Shown here one piece after another: positions 34,621 through 43,498 of a stretch of 64,000 bases of DNA. This DNA is from Pseudomonadota bacterium. Lineage in GTDB: Bacteria > Myxococcota_A > UBA9042. Positions within the stretch are counted from its first letter, which is position 1, and every line of letters begins with the position of its first letter. The stretch is taken from positions 10,562 to 74,561 of the forward strand of contig SXRM01000383.1 of the NCBI GenBank assembly GCA_005792545.1, written 5' to 3'. Below the pieces are notes generated by a model. That model did not search any database. It had not been told where the DNA came from and worked only from the letters and a program-made list of their open reading frames with translations. A program made the position numbers and the translations under genes.

Positions 34621-36192
34621 TCAATCGCCGCCGGTCGGCACCTGGTACCACTTGCGCGTCCACTCGGTCAGCATGTTGTCGTCGGTGACAAACGGCGTAT
34701 GCAAGGTCCGTTCAACCAGCTTGGCGCAGGTTTCCGCCTGGCCGCCGTCCGGGCCATAGGTGCTCTGGTCGGCCAGGCGCAGGATTTCGTCCAACCGCGC
34801 GCGGTGCGACGGTTGGGTCAGGTCGAAGATCTTGCGACCGTCGACCACGATCTGCTCCAGCTCCGCGCGCCAGCGGTGGCGATCGAGCACCACCGGTTCA
34901 TCGCTCAGGTACACGAAATTGATGATGCGCAGCCCGTGCTTGAACGCCGAGCAACCGGTCTTTTGGGCGGTCTCGCTCCAGGTGGTGTTGTAGACGAACA
35001 GGCCACCGGGGTTCAGGTGGGCCTTGACCAGCTGCAAGTACTCCATGCTCAGCAAGTCCGTGATGTTGCCGCGCCAGTGCCAGGTGGTGTTCTGCAGCAC
35101 GGTGTCGAATTTCTCGGTCGGATGGGCGCGCAGCCAGCGGCGGCCATCGTCGAACACCAGGTGCACCTTGGGGTTTTTTAGCAGCGACTGCACCTCGGGG
35201 AACTTGCCGACCAGCTCGGGATAGCCAGGGTTGATCTCGACTACGGTCAGATCGGTCACGCCGGGCAGGTGCGCCAGCACCTGCGCCCAGGAGCCCGACG
35301 ACAAGCCAATCATCAGCACTTTTCCGGTCTTGCGCGGCAAGCCTGCCAGCGCATAGGCCCGCACGATCAAGTTGCGATCGTGCACGACGTCGGTGTTGAA
35401 CACGCCGTCGTACATGCCGCCGCCAAAGATCGCGCCGTCCTGCGACACCGTGATGACGCCCGAGCGGTTCTCGACCACGTGGGCAAAGCGCTGGCCCTCG
35501 TACTTCTTTTTGTACATCAGCTTTTCGTACATACCGGCGTGCAGGCTTGGCCCAGCCAGGGCGCCGACCACCGCAAACAGCGGCAGCACCATCGCCCCCA
35601 CGGCCTTGGGCACGGCCTCGCTACAACTGGCCCACCACAAGACCGACGTCAGCATGACGCCCAGCACCATCAGTAGCGCCGAGATGTGCTGCAGCGGCAG
35701 CACCTGCATCAGCACGAACCCGGTCAGCAGCGACCCAAGCACGCTGCCGGCGATGTTGGCGAGGTACAGGTAGCTCAGCTTTTCGCCGACCTCGGCGTTG
35801 GCTTCGATGCCGTAGTGGGCGACCAGCGGCAAGATCGCGCCCATCAGCCCCGCAGCCAGGGCCACCGCCGCGAGCGAAAACGCGTAGGTGGCAAACGTCA
35901 CCAGGTGCGCCACTGCCGGCACCAGCGCAAAGCTGACCACCGTGGAGGCGAGCACCAGGCCCGCCGGCCAACGCAGCCGCTTGGGATCGCCGCCGGTGCC
36001 GACCTCGTCGCAAACCTTGCGCGCGCCCAGGCTGCCAAAGGCGATGCCGGCCAGGTAGGCGCCGAGCATCACGCCGAAACTGGACGGCGCGCCGCCGGTC
36101 AGGTAGCCGTAGACGCGAAACCACACCATCTCATACGAGAGGGCAATGTAGCCGGCAAGACCGGTGACCAGAAGCGCCAGGCGAAACGTCAT
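34621..36192 (-). CDS. fused polytopic-membrane (MFS-like) / spermidine-synthase-like protein
   Basis: The N-terminal about 230 aa contain multiple TM helices (MTFRLALLVTGLAGYIALSYEMVWFRVYG…). The C-terminal Rossmann domain is …KVLMIGLSSGSWAQVL…VVEINPGY…FDDGRRWL…FDTVLQNT…NPGGLFVYN, which has the spermidine-synthase layout but with altered GGGDG and D-x-x-D-P motifs. Confidence 0.75.
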   Translation of the reverse strand: MTFRLALLVTGLAGYIALSYEMVWFRVYGYLTGGAPSSFGVMLGAYLAGIAFGSLGARKVCDEVGTGGDPKRLRWPAGLVLASTVVSFALVPAVAHLVTFATYAFSLAAVALAAGLMGAILPLVAHYGIEANAEVGEKLSYLYLANIAGSVLGSLLTGFVLMQVLPLQHISALLMVLGVMLTSVLWWASCSEAVPKAVGAMVLPLFAVVGALAGPSLHAGMYEKLMYKKKYEGQRFAHVVENRSGVITVSQDGAIFGGGMYDGVFNTDVVHDRNLIVRAYALAGLPRKTGKVLMIGLSSGSWAQVLAHLPGVTDLTVVEINPGYPELVGKFPEVQSLLKNPKVHLVFDDGRRWLRAHPTEKFDTVLQNTTWHWRGNITDLLSMEYLQLVKAHLNPGGLFVYNTTWSETAQKTGCSAFKHGLRIINFVYLSDEPVVLDRHRWRAELEQIVVDGRKIFDLTQPSHRARLDEILRLADQSTYGPDGGQAETCAKLVERTLHTPFVTDDNMLTEWTRKWYQVPTGGD

Positions 36193-36220
36193 GGGTAGCC
36201 TTGGGGCAAAGGGGGCAAAA

Positions 36221-36571
36221 TCACAGGTCGCCGTCGAGGTCGGCCCACAATAGGCGCGACAGCACGAGGTCTTGAAGGTCATCGGGCACGGGCTGGGCGC
36301 TCAACAGCACCGGCGCCGCGGCAATGGCCCGCGCCAACTGCCCGGGATCACTGACGGCACGCAAGCGAACCACGCCATTTTCGTCTTCTAAAATCGCGCT
36401 TGGTCCAGAGCTACAGGCAGACAGGCAACTCGACCTGCCGACCTCGAGGGTGCGACCGTGGGCTGCGGCGGCTTTCTTGGCGGCGGTGGTCAACCGCGCC
36501 AACGACGCCATCGGCGCGGGGCGCGGACAGCCGGTGCATAGCATCACGCGCAACTGCGGGGCTGCGGTCAT
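36221..36571 (-). CDS. small 4-Cys metal-binding protein (thioredoxin-like [2Fe-2S] ferredoxin / DUF1636-like)
   Basis: …VMLCTGCPRP…SSCLSACSSGPSAILEDENG… has C-x2-C … C-x3-C spacing. Its start overlaps the upstream gene's stop by 4 nt. Confidence 0.5.
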   Translation of the reverse strand: MTAAPQLRVMLCTGCPRPAPMASLARLTTAAKKAAAAHGRTLEVGRSSCLSACSSGPSAILEDENGVVRLRAVSDPGQLARAIAAAPVLLSAQPVPDDLQDLVLSRLLWADLDGDL

Positions 36572-37347
36572 TTGCCGAGCGCCTCGGGCACGAACAGCGC
36601 GTCTGGCAGTTGCGTACGGGTGTCGATGTCGCGGGTCTCGACGGTGGTGACCGAGTTTCGCAGGTGGTTGAGCATGCGGAACTTTTTCATCACGGTCCTG
36701 CCGGGCTCGCCGGCCTGCACCTGTTCGACGACCAGCGTTTTGACGTGGGCGCCGGCTTTGTCGAAGAACTTGATCTGGCGCGCCACAAACAGGCGGTCGT
36801 CAATCCACAACTGCACCTTGCCGTAGGCGTCTTCGCTGTCGGTGATGGCAACCTCGATTCGGGTGCATGGCGCGCCGCCAATGGCCTCGCTGCCGGCCAG
36901 CTTGGCCTCACCGGTCTGCAAGCCGCGGCCTTGCAGGTCGCCGAACGAAAAATCGGTGCCCATGAACGCTTCGTTGCGCTGTGAGCCACTGATGCGCCGC
37001 AACCGCCCGGTCTTGGGCAGCCACAGGTACTGGCTGGCGGCGCCGCCACCTTCTTCGAGAATGAGCAGTTCGGTGCCGACCGCGTCGGCGGGCTCCAAGA
37101 AGGTCACCCGCGACTTGAGCCGGCCGTCCTTGCCGCGCACCACGCGGCTTTGGGTCAGCCAGGTCTTGGATTTGCCACTGGCCAGAGTCAACGTGACCGC
37201 AGTCTTGCTCTGGCCGGCCTGAAAACCGCTGGCGTTGCGGTCGTTGGTGGCCTGCAGGACCTTGCGCGCAGCGGGGTCGTCGGCCGCCAGACAGGGATCG
37301 GCTGCCACAAGAGTCAGTGCGATCGCGATGGCCAGCAAGATGCGCAT
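36568..37347 (-). CDS. LolA-like 'outer membrane lipoprotein-sorting' family protein (DUF1329-related)
   Basis: Signal is MRILLAIAIALTLVAADPCLAA. …YLWLPKTGRLRRISGSQRNEAFMGTDFSFGDL… is the hallmark stretch of that family as I remember it. Confidence 0.65.
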   Translation of the reverse strand: MRILLAIAIALTLVAADPCLAADDPAARKVLQATNDRNASGFQAGQSKTAVTLTLASGKSKTWLTQSRVVRGKDGRLKSRVTFLEPADAVGTELLILEEGGGAASQYLWLPKTGRLRRISGSQRNEAFMGTDFSFGDLQGRGLQTGEAKLAGSEAIGGAPCTRIEVAITDSEDAYGKVQLWIDDRLFVARQIKFFDKAGAHVKTLVVEQVQAGEPGRTVMKKFRMLNHLRNSVTTVETRDIDTRTQLPDALFVPEALGK

Positions 37348-37358
37348 GGGAACCTCGC

Positions 37359-38168
37359 CTACGCCGGCCGGGCGTGCAGCCACGCCTTGGTGCGGGCGTG
37401 CTCGGGGGCGCGCTCGGTGCGCTTGACCCGGTAGCCACAGCCGCGCGAGATCAGTTGCACCGTGTGCGACCGACCGGGAAACGCGGCTTTGAGCTCGCTC
37501 AGCACCGCATCGGTGTCGAAAAACTTGCACGAGAAAATGTCGAAGTAGGCGCGATCACTGGCCTGTTCGATGTGCACCGCGATGTGCGATTCGGCAATCA
37601 TGGTCATGGCCGACAGCCAGCCGCCGCCATCGGGGCCGTTGGTGTCGTTGGACCGCAGCACATACGGCCGCATGATAGGGGTCATGTCGATGCGCGGCGG
37701 CAGGTTGTCGAACAGCCGGAACAGGCCGTCCATGTCGCGCGGTCCCGAGTAGCCGTCGATGTTGAGCAGCAGGTGCGGGCCGAAGTCTTCGCTGGGATGC
37801 ACCGGCACTTCGTCGAACGGCCGCGGCCGGCGCGCCGTGTGGACCTCGACCGAGCGCACCGGCAGTGCGTTCTGGATAAACGCATTGGCCTCATGGACAT
37901 CGAACGCCCGCGGCGCCACCAGGTCCACGAAGTAGCACTCGCGAAAGCTGAACGTGTGCAGCGTCAGGTGCCCGCCCGGCAGAAACACAAACGCGCTGAT
38001 GCCGCAGTCGTCGGGCTCGACGCCGTTGTAGTACGGTAAAAGCATCGGCGGCATGGCGGGTTGCAGCCCAAGGCGCACCGGCAGCTCTTCAATGAGCTCG
38101 TGAATCAGCCGGATGTCGTCAAAGCGCGATCGGTGACCGCCAAAACCGTCGAGCGTATAGTGCAGCAT
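37359..38168 (-). CDS. tandem-duplicated S-adenosylmethionine-decarboxylase-like (SpeD/SpeH fold) pyruvoyl enzyme
   Basis: The N-terminal half has …ISAFVFLPGGHLTLHTFSF…FVDL…, with GGH replacing the ESH processing site. The C-terminal half has …SAMTMIAESHIAVHIEQ…YFDIFSCKFF…, with an intact E-S-H self-cleavage motif and the D.F.C motif. Only the last 269 codons of the track ORF are used. Confidence 0.7.
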   Translation of the reverse strand: MLHYTLDGFGGHRSRFDDIRLIHELIEELPVRLGLQPAMPPMLLPYYNGVEPDDCGISAFVFLPGGHLTLHTFSFRECYFVDLVAPRAFDVHEANAFIQNALPVRSVEVHTARRPRPFDEVPVHPSEDFGPHLLLNIDGYSGPRDMDGLFRLFDNLPPRIDMTPIMRPYVLRSNDTNGPDGGGWLSAMTMIAESHIAVHIEQASDRAYFDIFSCKFFDTDAVLSELKAAFPGRSHTVQLISRGCGYRVKRTERAPEHARTKAWLHARPA

Positions 38169-38232
38169 GATTCCTGGCGCGCGGGGACAAAGGGGTCCGG
38201 CCGCGGGGCGCGCAATTGTGGCAGAGGTCGCG

Positions 38233-39861
38233 ATGGTGCAAAAGGGGTGTGCGGTGCGCACACGCGCCAACTTGCCGACGATCCGCGTGGCGATCTGGCT
38301 GTGCGTGGCCAGTTGGCCGGCGCATGCGCTCGCCCAAGCCATAGTGCCGGCGCTGACGGCGACCGCGACGGTGCTGGATGAATTCGGCGATGGCGGCGCC
38401 GTGGCGGAGTCGCCGGCAGAGGCACCGCCAGCCGGGCCGACGCTGTTCTGGGGCGCTTGGGTCGGCGTGCTCGGGCTGGATATCGCTGCCGAAGACCCGG
38501 CCGAAGACGTGCTGGCGCTGCGCAATCGCCTGGATCTGGACGTCAAGCACCCGCTGCCCGGTGGGCTGCAGGTGCGCCTCTCCGCCCGCATGCTGCACCG
38601 GGCGCAAGTAGGCCACCAGGGTGCGATCACCAAGCCTGCCTTTGCGGCCGATTTGCCCGATCTGGGCATGCGCTACGATCTGGACAGCCAGCTTCGCTTC
38701 GCCAACCTGCAGTGGTCCGCCGATTGGGGTCGGCTCACCGTCGGTCGCGACACCGTCAACTGGGGGGCGCTGGAGCTGCAAAGCGCGCTGCGGTTCCTAC
38801 ACCCGATGGACTTGAGCAACGGCCTGGTCGGCAGCCTCGGCAACGCCGAAGAGTCGCCGCTGCTGCCGTCGTGGTTGCTGCGCCTGGAGCGCCCGCTGGG
38901 GCCAGGCCAGCTCGATGTGGTGTTCTTACCGTTCTTTGATCAGCACCGGTTTTCGCCGTTTGCCACTGACGCCGCCTTCGTGCGGCCCGGCCAGGGTCCG
39001 GAGCTGTCGGGGTCGCTCGCGGTGTTGCTGCGGAGGCTGGACCTGCGGCTAGACCGCCAGCTGTCGCAGGCGTTGATGAGCGCGCTGCGGCCTGCCAGCG
39101 ACACGCCGCTCGATGGCACGCCGGCAGCGCGCTGGCGGACGACACTTGGCCAATTCGACGTTGCGCTGGTCGCAGCGTGGGCTTGGGACCGCCTGCCCGA
39201 GCTGCACCTAGATCAGGACCTGCTGCTGTTGCTGTCACGCACGGCCGACGCTGGCTTTGACACGGCCAAGCTGGCGTCGATGTTTGCCGATCCGGCGGTG
39301 GCGGCGGCCGCCGAGCGCGCCAAGGGCAAGACCGTGGCGGACCTGGCGGAGGCGACCTGGCGTCGACGCGGCATCGTGGGCGTGGAGGCCCAAGGCGAAC
39401 TCGCGCAGGGGTGGATGGCGCGCGGCGAATTGGCGTGGAGCCACCAACGGGTATTCATGGACACCGGCTTCCGACCGCTGCTGTCGCCCCTGGCGCAGGG
39501 AGGCGTCGGGCTGGAGCGCAACTGGGGCGACCGCGCCGCGGCGGTGGTGGAATTCAGCGGCCAGTGGGCCTACTTGGTGCCCAAAGACACCGAGCTGATG
39601 CTGGCAGCGGCGCTGCAGTGGCAAGTAGGCGGCGGACTGCTGGTGCGCTGGGGCGAGGCCGACGCCTGGTCGGCGCAACTGGGCGGTTACTACGGCGTGA
39701 CGTTGCGGGACTGGGCGGTGGCGCCGCGCGTGGCGTGGCAGCTGGGCGATCGCTGGCAGGCGACCGTTGGCGCTGTGGTGGCCGATGGCCCGACCAACTC
39801 GATGGGCGGGTGGTTCGGCGCCGATGATCAGGTGCTTTTCGAGGCACGGCGCACGTTCTGA
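38233..39861 (+). CDS. outer-membrane beta-barrel candidate, DUF1302-like
   Basis: Signal is …IRVAIWLCVASWPAHALA. …WGRLTVGRDTVNWGALE… resembles the DUF1302 'RlGrQ.v.WGe' motif. The C-terminus ends …EARRTF (aromatic terminal residue). The start could also be 38167. Confidence 0.6.
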   Translation: MVQKGCAVRTRANLPTIRVAIWLCVASWPAHALAQAIVPALTATATVLDEFGDGGAVAESPAEAPPAGPTLFWGAWVGVLGLDIAAEDPAEDVLALRNRLDLDVKHPLPGGLQVRLSARMLHRAQVGHQGAITKPAFAADLPDLGMRYDLDSQLRFANLQWSADWGRLTVGRDTVNWGALELQSALRFLHPMDLSNGLVGSLGNAEESPLLPSWLLRLERPLGPGQLDVVFLPFFDQHRFSPFATDAAFVRPGQGPELSGSLAVLLRRLDLRLDRQLSQALMSALRPASDTPLDGTPAARWRTTLGQFDVALVAAWAWDRLPELHLDQDLLLLLSRTADAGFDTAKLASMFADPAVAAAAERAKGKTVADLAEATWRRRGIVGVEAQGELAQGWMARGELAWSHQRVFMDTGFRPLLSPLAQGGVGLERNWGDRAAAVVEFSGQWAYLVPKDTELMLAAALQWQVGGGLLVRWGEADAWSAQLGGYYGVTLRDWAVAPRVAWQLGDRWQATVGAVVADGPTNSMGGWFGADDQVLFEARRTF

Positions 39862-40056
39862 TCGTCCTGGTGGCAGGTCGGTCAGCGGCAGGCGGTGCGA
39901 TCCCATGCCCAAAAACGACAACGCGCCCCCGGTCCGAGGCAGCCGCTTTGGGGGCGGTCGCGGTCGGATCGGTTGCGCGTTGGTCGACCAGCCGGTGTCG
40001 GCGCCGCAGCGGCGGAACCGGTGTCGGGCCTGGCCCCAGGTCGCAGAACAGTCTGG

Positions 40057-40341
40057 CTACTTGATGTGCTCGACGCCCTGCTTCTCGACGGTGGCCTTCC
40101 ACACTTTCTCGGGCAGCCACTTGGGGCGGTTGGTCGGCGCGGTGACTTCTTTGCGTCCGCCCTTGAACACGTGCACGCGCTTGGTGCCGCGCTCGCGCAG
40201 ACGGATCTCGGTGTAGCCGCGGGCGGCGGCCTTGAGCGCGGCACCGCGCGGCTGCGCGTTCGAGAACACGATGTTGGTGTCCTTGCCGTCCTCCATCAGC
40301 ACGAAGTTCTTCTTTTCCTTGGCGGCTTTCTCGTCGGCCAT
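40057..40341 (-). CDS. MC1-family chromosomal (DNA-bending) protein homolog
   Basis: MADEKAAKEKKNFVLMEDGKDTNIVFSNAQPRGAALKAAARGYTEIRLRERGTKRVHVFKGGRKEVTAPTNRPKWLPEKVWKATVEKQGVEHIK aligns along its full length with Methanosarcina MC1 as I recall it (…RNFVLRDE…VFTGKQPRQAALKAANRG…IRLRERGTKKVHVFKAWKEIVDAPKNRPAWMPEKISKPFVKKERIEKL). A GGGAGG RBS lies 4 nt before the ATG. Confidence 0.85.
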   Translation of the reverse strand: MADEKAAKEKKNFVLMEDGKDTNIVFSNAQPRGAALKAAARGYTEIRLRERGTKRVHVFKGGRKEVTAPTNRPKWLPEKVWKATVEKQGVEHIK

Positions 40342-40930
40342 GATGCCTCCCGTTGCTTTTGGACTGCATTGCGCGCAGTCGGTTGTGCGACGGCCGCGGG
40401 TGCGGCGGTCGGTCCAGGTAACCTTGCTTGGCGTACCACCGTCGAGGAACAGGGCGCCCGTTCGGAGGCAACCCTGTCGCGACGAAAGTACGGCGATCCG
40501 TCGATCGCGCCGTGTCGGACCGACTCCCGTCAGCCGGCCGCAGCGCATGATCACGGTCGCGGCGCGCATTGCGCCCTTGCGCCGCTGTATCGGCCGATTC
40601 GCGCAAGATTGCAAGGGGGCGCGCGTCTGGGGGTGCAGATTCGCTGAAAAAATCCAGACACCCGTCAGCGTACCAACCCGACAAGATCAGGCACATGGGA
40701 AAACACAGTATTGAAATTTCAATGTTTTTTCGGACGCCCGCCTGTGCAGCCATAAGCCGCGCGAGTCAAACACGGTCCATGATCACGGCCAGCGCACCGT
40801 GATCACACGCTGCGCGCAATGCCGATCGCACGATGGGTTGCTAACCAAACGTCAAAACCACGCGCCTCCGTGGTCGAGAGCGCAGCCGCCATGGTAGGGT
40901 CGCTGGCGCGGGCGCGCGACGCCGCGAGAG

Positions 40931-43489
40931 TTGACCTTGAATTTCGCCAGGCACGCCACGACCAGCGCGACCACCGCCCCGCCGGGATGGGGTGCACGCC
41001 TGCGCGCGTGGCTGGCACTGGCCATCGCCGCGTGCCTGGTCGGCGTGCTGGCTGGCGCCGAACCGGCGGCCGCTCGCTCCAAGGCCCAGGCCAAAAAGGC
41101 GAGCAGCGCTCACGACAAATCACCTACGTCCAAGGCAAAAGGGGCGGCCGCCAAAAGCGGAAAGGGGCGCAAGACTAGCGTCAAGCGAACTGGCACACGT
41201 CGGGCGGCCCGGGTGCGCGAAAAGCCCGGCAAGCTGCGCACGGTACGACCTGCCCCCGCCGCCAAAAGCGCCAAAGCCGTCCCGGAGCCAGAGGCCAACG
41301 ACGCGTCCGCCGACGAGGCGGTTGCGCTACCCGTCGCGGCGACCTGGAGCGAATTGCACCGGGTAGTGCAGTTGTGGCGGGTCGGCAAGAGCGGGCGCAT
41401 TGCGGACGACCTGCAGCGGCTGCAACGGGCCAAGGACAAGGATCTCGCCGCCGCCGCCTCCCACGTGCTGGCGCGACTGTGGGCGCGCCAGGGTCATGGC
41501 ACTGCCGCCGCCAAGGCGCTGAGCAAGACCAAAATCGTCGCCGACAGCGCGCCAGCGGCACATCGCTGGGCGACCATTGAGGTGGCGCAGGCGCAGGGCA
41601 AGACCAAGCAGGCGCTGGACAAGCTGCGGACGTTTCGGGTCGATTTCGGCAGTTTTCGCTGGGCGGCTGCCGACCTGCTGTTTTCGCGGCTGCACGAAAA
41701 GGTCGGACCCGCCGGGGCTGCGGCACAAACTGCGCTGGATCTTTACGACAAAAGCGCTGAGCACCTGCCGCGCGACGAACTGCTGGCGCGGGCGGCGCGC
41801 ATGCTGGCCGGCGTGGACCGCGACCGCAGCCACAAACTGTGGAAAAAGCTGCTGCTGACTCATCCTGAGTCGGAGTACGTGGACGAGGCGGCGCAGGCAG
41901 TGCCGCTAGAGTCGTTGACCCAGGCCGAGCAGTTCGAACGGATGGTGACGCTGTTTTCGCGGCGGGCCTACGAGCGCTGCCGGTCGGTCGGCGTGCTGCT
42001 GTGGGTCCAGGGCTATCGGCGCAACGAGGTCGGCTACTTTTTGGGCAAAATCGGCAGCGAGCGGCTGCGCGACAACTACCCCGATGCAGCGATGTACCTG
42101 GCAGAGGCGGCCACGCCGGAGGCGCCGCTCTACCAAAACGCGCTGCCGTCGTACGCGCTGGTGCTCGGCAAGATCGGCAAGACCGACGAGGCCATCGCTC
42201 GCTACGACCAGTGGCTGCGGCACTTTGCCCATGTCAAGAACGACCGTCGCATCGACCTGCACTATGACCGCGCGCGCACATTGCACATGGCGGGACGAAG
42301 CTTGCAGGCCGCGCGCGACTTGGGCGCGGCGCTCGACCAGAACGAAAAAGACATCGATGTCGGCAAGTACCGTTGGTTCGTCGGCTTTTGGACGCTGCTG
42401 GGCGGCAAGCCGGCCGAGGCCATCGAGCAGTTGCGACCGCTAATGCCCAACAGCAATCCGCTGGTCGGCGCCAAGGCGCGCTACTGGGTCGCCAAGGCGC
42501 AGGACAAGCTCGGCGACCGCAAGGCCGCCGTCGAGACGCTGCTGCAGCTTGTGGACAAGTACCCGCTGACCTATTACAGCGGGCTGGCCGAAAACCTGCT
42601 GCAAGACTGGGGACTTGCCGACAAGCTGCTGCCGCACGAGGACTTTTCGAAGGTGCCCGTGCAGGCGGCCGACCCGTTTGCCGGCATGCGCATGACCGAC
42701 AACCTGCGCGCGCTGCGGCTAGCGACTGCGCTCGGCGAGCCGGACGTAGCACGGGCGGCGTGGGACACCTTGCAGGCGGGTCTGCGCATGGAATTGGGCG
42801 CCGAGCGGCACAAAAAACTGCGCCTGGATCTCGCCGACGCCTTGGAGGAATTCGCCGACGCCAGAAGCGACGCTTTGCGCAATCACCGCGAAGTGTTGCA
42901 ACGGCCGCCGACCCGCGAAACCGTCGCGGCCTGGCGCGGCATCTATCCGCGGGCGTTTGCCACCCACGTCGTGGCGGCCGCCGAGCGGTGGGGAGCGCCG
43001 GAGTGGATGGTCTACGCGCACATGCTGCAAGAGTCGGCGTATCGGCCCGAGCTGATTTCGGGCGCGCCGGCCTACGGGCTCTTGGAATTGCTGGACCGCA
43101 CCGCCGTGCGGCTGGCGAGCGAAGCCAAAGAGGACTATCAGCTGTGGATGCTGATGCAGCCGGCCCACAACGTGCGCTGGGGCACCCAGTATCTGGCGGG
43201 GCTGTACAAGAAGTTTCACCGGCAGTTGCCGTTTGCGATCGCGTCGTACAACGGCGGACCGATGCTGATGAGCTACCACATGCGCCAGCAGGCCCGCCTC
43301 AATCGCAGTTTTGACGAGATGATTGACGACCTCGGGCCGCACGAGTCGCGCAACTATGTGCGCATGGTCATAGGCCACTTCTTGCGGTATCTGGCGATTT
43401 ACGAGCGGCCCGACAAGGCCAAGCTGTACCGCGATCAGCTGCTGCCGCGGACCTGGAACGAGGCGTGTCTGCCGGACCCGGACTACTGA
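40931..43489 (+). CDS. soluble lytic murein transglycosylase (Slt70-like) with basic N-terminal region
   Basis: The C-terminal catalytic domain is …MLQESAYRPELISGAPAYGLLELL…YLAGLYKKF…AIASYNGGP…. A superhelical repeat region lies upstream. The N-terminus is K/A-rich after a TM/signal. The TTG start is uncertain. Confidence 0.8.
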   Translation: MTLNFARHATTSATTAPPGWGARLRAWLALAIAACLVGVLAGAEPAAARSKAQAKKASSAHDKSPTSKAKGAAAKSGKGRKTSVKRTGTRRAARVREKPGKLRTVRPAPAAKSAKAVPEPEANDASADEAVALPVAATWSELHRVVQLWRVGKSGRIADDLQRLQRAKDKDLAAAASHVLARLWARQGHGTAAAKALSKTKIVADSAPAAHRWATIEVAQAQGKTKQALDKLRTFRVDFGSFRWAAADLLFSRLHEKVGPAGAAAQTALDLYDKSAEHLPRDELLARAARMLAGVDRDRSHKLWKKLLLTHPESEYVDEAAQAVPLESLTQAEQFERMVTLFSRRAYERCRSVGVLLWVQGYRRNEVGYFLGKIGSERLRDNYPDAAMYLAEAATPEAPLYQNALPSYALVLGKIGKTDEAIARYDQWLRHFAHVKNDRRIDLHYDRARTLHMAGRSLQAARDLGAALDQNEKDIDVGKYRWFVGFWTLLGGKPAEAIEQLRPLMPNSNPLVGAKARYWVAKAQDKLGDRKAAVETLLQLVDKYPLTYYSGLAENLLQDWGLADKLLPHEDFSKVPVQAADPFAGMRMTDNLRALRLATALGEPDVARAAWDTLQAGLRMELGAERHKKLRLDLADALEEFADARSDALRNHREVLQRPPTRETVAAWRGIYPRAFATHVVAAAERWGAPEWMVYAHMLQESAYRPELISGAPAYGLLELLDRTAVRLASEAKEDYQLWMLMQPAHNVRWGTQYLAGLYKKFHRQLPFAIASYNGGPMLMSYHMRQQARLNRSFDEMIDDLGPHESRNYVRMVIGHFLRYLAIYERPDKAKLYRDQLLPRTWNEACLPDPDY

Positions 43490-43498
43490 GCCGATCCG

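Noticed and set aside
39554-40753. 399-aa minus-strand ORF covering the barrel 3' end, the MC1 locus and upstream DNA
   Set aside because: It is R/P/A-rich and in a different frame from the convincing MC1 ORF. The 185-aa extension of the MC1 ORF itself (to 40614) is also rejected because the conserved protein starts at the ATG at 40341, which has a GGGAGG RBS.
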